Assembly: GCA_016699385.1 (NCBI GenBank)
Contig: CP064974.1
Coordinates: 67,242 to 131,241, forward strand
Direction of reading: 5' to 3'
Origin: Candidatus Moraniibacteriota bacterium
GTDB lineage: Bacteria; Patescibacteriota; Minisyncoccia; Moranbacterales; UBA1568
DNA: 64,000 nucleotides
How positions within the stretch are numbered: the first letter of the stretch is position 1; each line of letters opens with the position of its first letter. Positions 58,981-64,000 of this stretch are shown here, one piece after another. The notes below the pieces were generated by a model. That model had not been told where the DNA came from and did no database searches. It saw only the letters and a program-made list of their open reading frames with translations. Position numbers and translations under genes: made by a program.

Positions 58981-60288
58981 GTGCTATACTATGAGTTGAT
59001 GAATCAACTTTTTTTCCGCAGGCAGTGGCGGAGAACAATTTTTTCAGGAGTTTCTCTTTTGGCACTTCTTTTGAGTGCTGCTTTGCCGTATATGGCGATA
59101 GCACAAGATGATGCGGGGAATATCCAAGATGATATTCAAAAGTACGAGAAGCGACTTGAGGCAGCGACCAAGAAAAAGAAAACGCTCGAGCAGACTCTCA
59201 ATCAGGTAAATGTATCACTCAGTGTCGCGATAGCGGCGGTACAGAAGACGCAGGCGGCTATTCTCGATACAAAAGATTCGATTACACGTGCGGCACTGGA
59301 AATCGAACTCACAGATCAACAAATCACTTTGAAGCAAGCAGTGCTTGCTGATTTGGTGCGCGAGGCATATTTGCGAGGTGCTGAGTCACCGGCTGATATT
59401 GCTTTGGGAGGGGCAACGCTTTCGGAAATACTCGATACGTCGACGCAGTTCGCGACAATAGGTTCGCGCATCGGAAATATTCTCGATGATATGGAGCAAT
59501 TGAAAGCTGATCGTGAAACTGAGAAGGCATCGCTTGAAACGAAAAAGAAAGAGGCTGAAGCAGCGCTTGCCAAGAAGAATGCCGAGAAGGCAGTACTTGC
59601 ACAGAATCAGTCGGCAATTGCACAGGATGTTGCCGAACAAACGGCAACTGTAGAAGAGTTACAGAAGAAACTTGCTGAATTGGAAAGCGATTTGAATACA
59701 TTGACCGGGAAGTCGTATAATGCAAAAGATATTAAAGAAGCAGTAGAATTTGCAAGTGGTAAAACGGGCGTACCGAAGGGCGTGCTCTATGGGTTTCTCA
59801 AAATGGAGACGAATCTCGGTGTTAATACCGGGCAGTGCACGTACAAGGAAGTGGAGAATGTGGCGGTTGCGCGGTATAAGAAGTATGGATCGAAATATAA
59901 AGCATCTATTGCGCTCCTCTACAAGCGGCAGGATATTTTCTATACTCTTGTTGATGATTTGGGATACAGTAAGAATAAGAAAGTGTCGTGTTCGCCAAGT
60001 GGGTATATTGGACAGGGTGGTGCGATGGGGGTTTCGCAGTTTATGTCGGATGTGTGGCAGGGCTATTCATCGGAAGTAGCAGCGAAGACGGGACACAAAA
60101 CACCTGATCCGTGGAATTTGACCGATGGCGTGATGGCAATGGCAACTAAACTCCGCAAAGCAGGAGCGACATCCGATAAGGAGTCGGTTATTAAAGCGGC
60201 GTCTATAAATTATCTTGGCACCTTTTATAGTAACTATTACAATGGCATTGTCTATTGGTCGAAGAATTATAAAAAACTTTTCGATTGA
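58981..60288 (+). CDS. Secreted coiled-coil protein with a C-terminal MltB-like lytic transglycosylase domain (tentative).
   Basis: N-terminal signal or TM segment; about 200 aa of heptad-rich coiled coil. In the C-terminus, GVPKGVLYGFLKMETNLG resembles the catalytic Glu region of MltB-type transglycosylases (..WGVESNFG). Confidence 0.5.
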   Translation: MLYYELMNQLFFRRQWRRTIFSGVSLLALLLSAALPYMAIAQDDAGNIQDDIQKYEKRLEAATKKKKTLEQTLNQVNVSLSVAIAAVQKTQAAILDTKDSITRAALEIELTDQQITLKQAVLADLVREAYLRGAESPADIALGGATLSEILDTSTQFATIGSRIGNILDDMEQLKADRETEKASLETKKKEAEAALAKKNAEKAVLAQNQSAIAQDVAEQTATVEELQKKLAELESDLNTLTGKSYNAKDIKEAVEFASGKTGVPKGVLYGFLKMETNLGVNTGQCTYKEVENVAVARYKKYGSKYKASIALLYKRQDIFYTLVDDLGYSKNKKVSCSPSGYIGQGGAMGVSQFMSDVWQGYSSEVAAKTGHKTPDPWNLTDGVMAMATKLRKAGATSDKESVIKAASINYLGTFYSNYYNGIVYWSKNYKKLFD

Positions 60289-60332
60289 GATATTTTGATT
60301 GGAGAGGAGACTCTCGAGGAGTGAAAAAAAAC

Positions 60333-62093
60333 ATGAAAATAAAAAATCAACAACTCAAAGAATTTATTCTCGACTCTGACTTAGTGGCAGCGGAGTCTCT
60401 CGAGGGCGCGTTTCAAGAAGCAGAACGCTCAAAGACATCTCTTGGAGTGGTGCTTTTGAGCAAGAAATTGCTCTCTGAGACCGATCTTCAGAAACTCTAC
60501 GCGTATATTCTCGGCATTCCTTTTGTTGATCTTTCGAAGGAAGCCATTCCGACGGATATCCTTCATATTATTCCGGAACCCATTGCGAAGAAGTCACATG
60601 TTGTTGCCTTTGAGAAAGCGGGGACGAATCTCAAGGTGGCAATGCTTAATCCGGATGATTTGCAGACCATCGACTTTATCAAAAAGAAAACGGGTCTCAA
60701 GATTGTGCCGTGTCTGACGACCGAGGAGAGTATCAATCAGGTACTTCGTCAGTATGGGAAAAGTCTTAAAGCAGAGTTTGGTGATATTCTCAACGCAGAA
60801 AGTGTCGTTGGGGGAGAGTTTAGTGCTGATGTTGATCCGGAACAAAATCTCGAAAAGGTAGCGCAGGATATTCCGGTTATTCGCGTTGTTGACACGCTCA
60901 TCAAACATGCGATTTTGCAGTCGGCGAGTGATATTCATATTGAACCGGAGGAAAAGGAAGTGCACGTCCGCTATCGTATAGATGGTATTTTGCACGATGC
61001 TATGACATTGCCGCGAGACATTGCTGCTGGCATCGTCGCTCGTATCAAAGTCTTGTCTAATCTGAAACTCGACGAGCACCGTTTGCCTCAGGATGGTCGC
61101 TTCAAATTGGAGAGTGAGGAACAGCGTATTTCGTTTCGCGTGAGCATCCTCCCTGTTTTTGATGGTGAGAAAATCGTAATGCGTCTTCTCGATGAATCTT
61201 CAAAAGGTCTCACACTTGAGAAAATGGGCTTTGCTGGCGTTCCGTTGGAGATCGTACATCGCGAAATCAAGAAGCCAAACGGTATGGTTTTGGTAACGGG
61301 ACCGACCGGGAGTGGAAAAACGACGACACTGTACACCGTGATGGATATCTTAAATACGAATGAGGTGAATATCAGTACCGTTGAGGATCCGGTGGAGTAT
61401 CGTATGCCGCGCGTGAATCAAACGCAGGTGAATTCGAAGATTGGTATGACATTTGCAGCGGCGCTTCGCGCATTGTTACGTCAGGATCCGGATATCGTTA
61501 TGGTAGGAGAGATTCGCGATGAAGAGACGCTCGAAATCGCACTCCACGCGGCGATGACAGGGCATCTCGTGCTTTCGACGCTTCATACGAATGGTGCCGC
61601 CGCCGCGATTCCACGCATGATTGATATGGGAGCAGAGCCATTTCTCATCGCCTCGACGACCAATGTGGTGATTGCTCAGCGTCTCGTGCGTCGATTGTGT
61701 GTTGAGTGTCGTGAGGAATACCATATGAAGAAAGCTGAGTTGGCCACACTTGGAAAGACATTTAACCTCGAAGAGGTGATGGTGTCTCTGAAGAGAGAGG
61801 ATCAGATGAAAGAAAAGCTCTCAAATATTTCTGATTGGGAAAGTGTATCGTTTTTTCGCGCGAAGGGTTGCGATCAGTGTGGTGGTGAAGGCTATCATGG
61901 ACGAGTTGGTATCTACGAAGTCTTTGAAATGACGAGTGATATCCGTCGATTAGTAATGGAGTCGGCAACTTCGGAAGCGCTCGAAAAGGCGGCGCGAGAT
62001 GCTGGCATGCTCACCATGGTGGAAGATGGCTTTCTGAAAGCGATACTTGGTGCTACATCAGTTGAAGAAATTCTTCGTGTGACCAAGGAATAG
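60333..62093 (+). CDS. pilB: Type IV pilus / type II secretion assembly ATPase (GspE/PilB family).
   Basis: N-terminal GSPII_E_N domain. Walker A GPTGSGKTT, Asp box, Walker B IVMVGEIRD, His box LVLSTLHTN and a tetracysteine motif (CVECRE...CDQCGGEGY). An earlier in-frame Met at 60285 is possible. Confidence 0.9.
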   Translation: MKIKNQQLKEFILDSDLVAAESLEGAFQEAERSKTSLGVVLLSKKLLSETDLQKLYAYILGIPFVDLSKEAIPTDILHIIPEPIAKKSHVVAFEKAGTNLKVAMLNPDDLQTIDFIKKKTGLKIVPCLTTEESINQVLRQYGKSLKAEFGDILNAESVVGGEFSADVDPEQNLEKVAQDIPVIRVVDTLIKHAILQSASDIHIEPEEKEVHVRYRIDGILHDAMTLPRDIAAGIVARIKVLSNLKLDEHRLPQDGRFKLESEEQRISFRVSILPVFDGEKIVMRLLDESSKGLTLEKMGFAGVPLEIVHREIKKPNGMVLVTGPTGSGKTTTLYTVMDILNTNEVNISTVEDPVEYRMPRVNQTQVNSKIGMTFAAALRALLRQDPDIVMVGEIRDEETLEIALHAAMTGHLVLSTLHTNGAAAAIPRMIDMGAEPFLIASTTNVVIAQRLVRRLCVECREEYHMKKAELATLGKTFNLEEVMVSLKREDQMKEKLSNISDWESVSFFRAKGCDQCGGEGYHGRVGIYEVFEMTSDIRRLVMESATSEALEKAARDAGMLTMVEDGFLKAILGATSVEEILRVTKE

Positions 62094-62244
62094 CTCTTTT
62101 TGGATTCTTATTGAGATGTGGTAGAATCAATCATGCTCATTTTCTTGAGTAGGAATGTTCAGTTGTTCCCTATAAGAAAGAAGCGGTTTCGAAGGGTATT
62201 CGATGCTTCTTCTACGAAGATTCTAAGTTATTGTATTGTTTTCT

Positions 62245-64000
62245 ATGAACGAAGATACATCCATTCGATTTGGTGCTCGAAGTAGTGAATCGGTTCGACC
62301 AGCTACGGAATTTCCTGGGCGCCCGGCGTCTCCATTGCGGACGGGGATGCATAGTTTTCTTGGGCGAGGGGCAACTAGTGCTCCACCATCGGTCGATAAT
62401 GAGAGTGTGAAGGGCTCTTCTGCGCGCGCTTCGTGGATGGCAAAATTTTTGGATGGACTGGCAACAACAAGTCTCTTCATGATTTTCTTCGGTTTTCCGA
62501 TTTTTTTTCTCTCACTGACTCTTCAAGGAATTGTCTTTGAGAAACAAATATATTTCTATTTTTGGCTACTCTTGGGGCTTGTTGGATGGGTGTCAAAAGC
62601 CATCGTGACGGGTGAGCTTCGTATCCGACATACGCCGCTCGACATTCCAATCCTTCTCCTCTGGGCAACGGTGGGAATTTCTTGCTTTTTTTCAGTGGAC
62701 AAATGGCATAGTCTGTGGGGCTTTTTTGGCGACCCTTCGCGAGGATTTCTGAGTATGACAGCGCTCACTCTTTCATATTTCTTCATTACCAGTCACGTGA
62801 ATATGCGGCGCTTCCAGCTTCTACTGGTCGCTATTCTGCTTTCGGGAGTGCTCGTTGCCCTGTGGACAGCACTTGCATTTTTTGGCGTACAGTTCTTGCC
62901 GGGAGCATTGCTGAAGTATGCGCCACTTAGTCTCTTCGGCACTATGCGGTCGCTCACGCTTTTCTTTGGAATGATTTTGCCGATTTTCCTTATCGGTATT
63001 ATCGCGCTTTTTCAGTGGTTCAAAGAGAAGAACTGGGTGTTTTGGGTGGGTATCGTTTCGCTCTCAATTGGCATCTTTCTTGACTTGTACATTCTGATGG
63101 CGGTTTATGCGTTTAGTCCGTGGTTTCCTATTTTAGCTGGCGTGAGCTTTTTCCTTATTTATGTGCTCGCACAGGTCGTTCGATTGGGTGATCGGTTCAA
63201 TTGGATGCCGATGGCACTCTTTGTGCTGGTATTGATTTTTCTCATGATTGGCAATCAAGGAAACACATTTATTTCAAAGAAAACGACGATTCTTCCTGAA
63301 GTGGCACTCGACCAATCATCTTCTTGGATGATTACAAAGGATGCTCTCAAAGAACGCCTCATCGTTGGTTCGGGTCCGGCAACGTATGGTTATGATTTCT
63401 CTCTCTATAAACCAGATAGCCTGAACAAGGGTCTTCAAAGTAGCTTTCGGTTTTACCAGAGCGGGAATCTTTTCTTGGAAATGCTGACAACAATTGGAAT
63501 CGTAGGCGGATTCTTCTTTCTCATCTTTTTCTTGGTTTTTCTTGGTGTTGGATTTGTTGGGCTTTCTCGCGAAAAAGAGCGCAATAAGATATTTTCTCTG
63601 GGCATTTGGGCGTCGGCACTCATCTTCGTCGTGGCGATATTTCGGATGCCGATCGAGGGACCAATATTTGTCTACGGCTTACTTCTCCTTTTCCTTGCCA
63701 TACCAGTTCTCCTTGAGGAAAGTGGGCAGGGAGATGATTCGATTCGTCTCTCGCTAAAGGCGTCACCGAAATTCGCACTTGCTCTCGCATTTATTTTCAT
63801 GGTGGTGTCAGCTGGCGTTGCATTTCTCTTTGCATTTGTCGGAAAGGCATTTCTTGCGGATCTTCGTGCGGGGCAATCAAGTCGATTGGCAGCTGTTGAG
63901 GTGAATTCCGACGCGCTTTCACTGATGGCTCGTTCGCTCTCCCTCATGCCCTATGAAGGGCGATACTACGCAGCTCTCGGACAAATGTACATGTCGCTTG
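62245..64000 (+). CDS. Large polytopic membrane protein, 3' end truncated by the window; possibly O-antigen-ligase/PglL-like.
   Basis: The frame is open from the ATG at 62245 to the end of the window, more than 585 aa. At least 12 hydrophobic helices with large loops. It is not in the ORF track because no stop falls inside the window. The family assignment is an inference from topology and pilus-gene context only. Confidence 0.55.
   Translation, partial: MNEDTSIRFGARSSESVRPATEFPGRPASPLRTGMHSFLGRGATSAPPSVDNESVKGSSARASWMAKFLDGLATTSLFMIFFGFPIFFLSLTLQGIVFEKQIYFYFWLLLGLVGWVSKAIVTGELRIRHTPLDIPILLLWATVGISCFFSVDKWHSLWGFFGDPSRGFLSMTALTLSYFFITSHVNMRRFQLLLVAILLSGVLVALWTALAFFGVQFLPGALLKYAPLSLFGTMRSLTLFFGMILPIFLIGIIALFQWFKEKNWVFWVGIVSLSIGIFLDLYILMAVYAFSPWFPILAGVSFFLIYVLAQVVRLGDRFNWMPMALFVLVLIFLMIGNQGNTFISKKTTILPEVALDQSSSWMITKDALKERLIVGSGPATYGYDFSLYKPDSLNKGLQSSFRFYQSGNLFLEMLTTIGIVGGFFFLIFFLVFLGVGFVGLSREKERNKIFSLGIWASALIFVVAIFRMPIEGPIFVYGLLLLFLAIPVLLEESGQGDDSIRLSLKASPKFALALAFIFMVVSAGVAFLFAFVGKAFLADLRAGQSSRLAAVEVNSDALSLMARSLSLMPYEGRYYAALGQMYMSL

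Overview
This window looks like a compact chromosome segment from a Candidate Phyla Radiation (CPR; Patescibacteria/Parcubacteria-like) bacterium. The inferences here are based on gene content and organisation: rpsF-ssb-rpsR with no rplI, a split comEC, a pilB-type ATPase, an Ndk and S12 carrying insertions, and few Shine-Dalgarno sites. The backbone is housekeeping and well conserved: tgt, rpoB-rpoC, ftsK, rpsF-ssb-rpsR-efp, gyrB, rplY, pth, an LCP protein, lepB, hisS, HIT, rpsU-yqeY, dgkA, ftsA...ftsZ, the split comEC, ndk, tRNA-Pro, rpmB-mscL, an M50 protease, rpsL-rpsG-fusA and pilB. Two accessory modules are embedded in this backbone and encode very large secreted or surface proteins. Each module combines a membrane-anchored protein with two tandem LamG (concanavalin-like) domains and a giant protein built from a right-handed beta-helix, fibronectin-III and LamG domains. 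All three giant proteins end in the same cysteine-rich C-terminal domain of about 150 aa, which I do not recognise. Two of the copies are near-identical at the DNA level and lie in inverted orientation about 7.7 kb apart. The window starts inside a phage-tail-fibre-like gene carrying an endosialidase-type intramolecular chaperone (Peptidase S74) domain. Other oddities include a divergent S26 peptidase plus a Cys-rich protein inserted between ftsA and ftsZ, a polytopic membrane protein with a pilin-like C-terminus, and an orphan GC-rich candidate ncRNA between rplY and pth. Downstream of ndk there is a run of small ORFs with ribosome-binding sites and terminators, followed by tRNA-Pro. I found no CRISPR array, rRNA, transposase, integrase or reverse transcriptase. 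Coordinates of short features (promoters, terminators, the tRNA and rpmB) were counted by hand and may be off by 1-2 nt.
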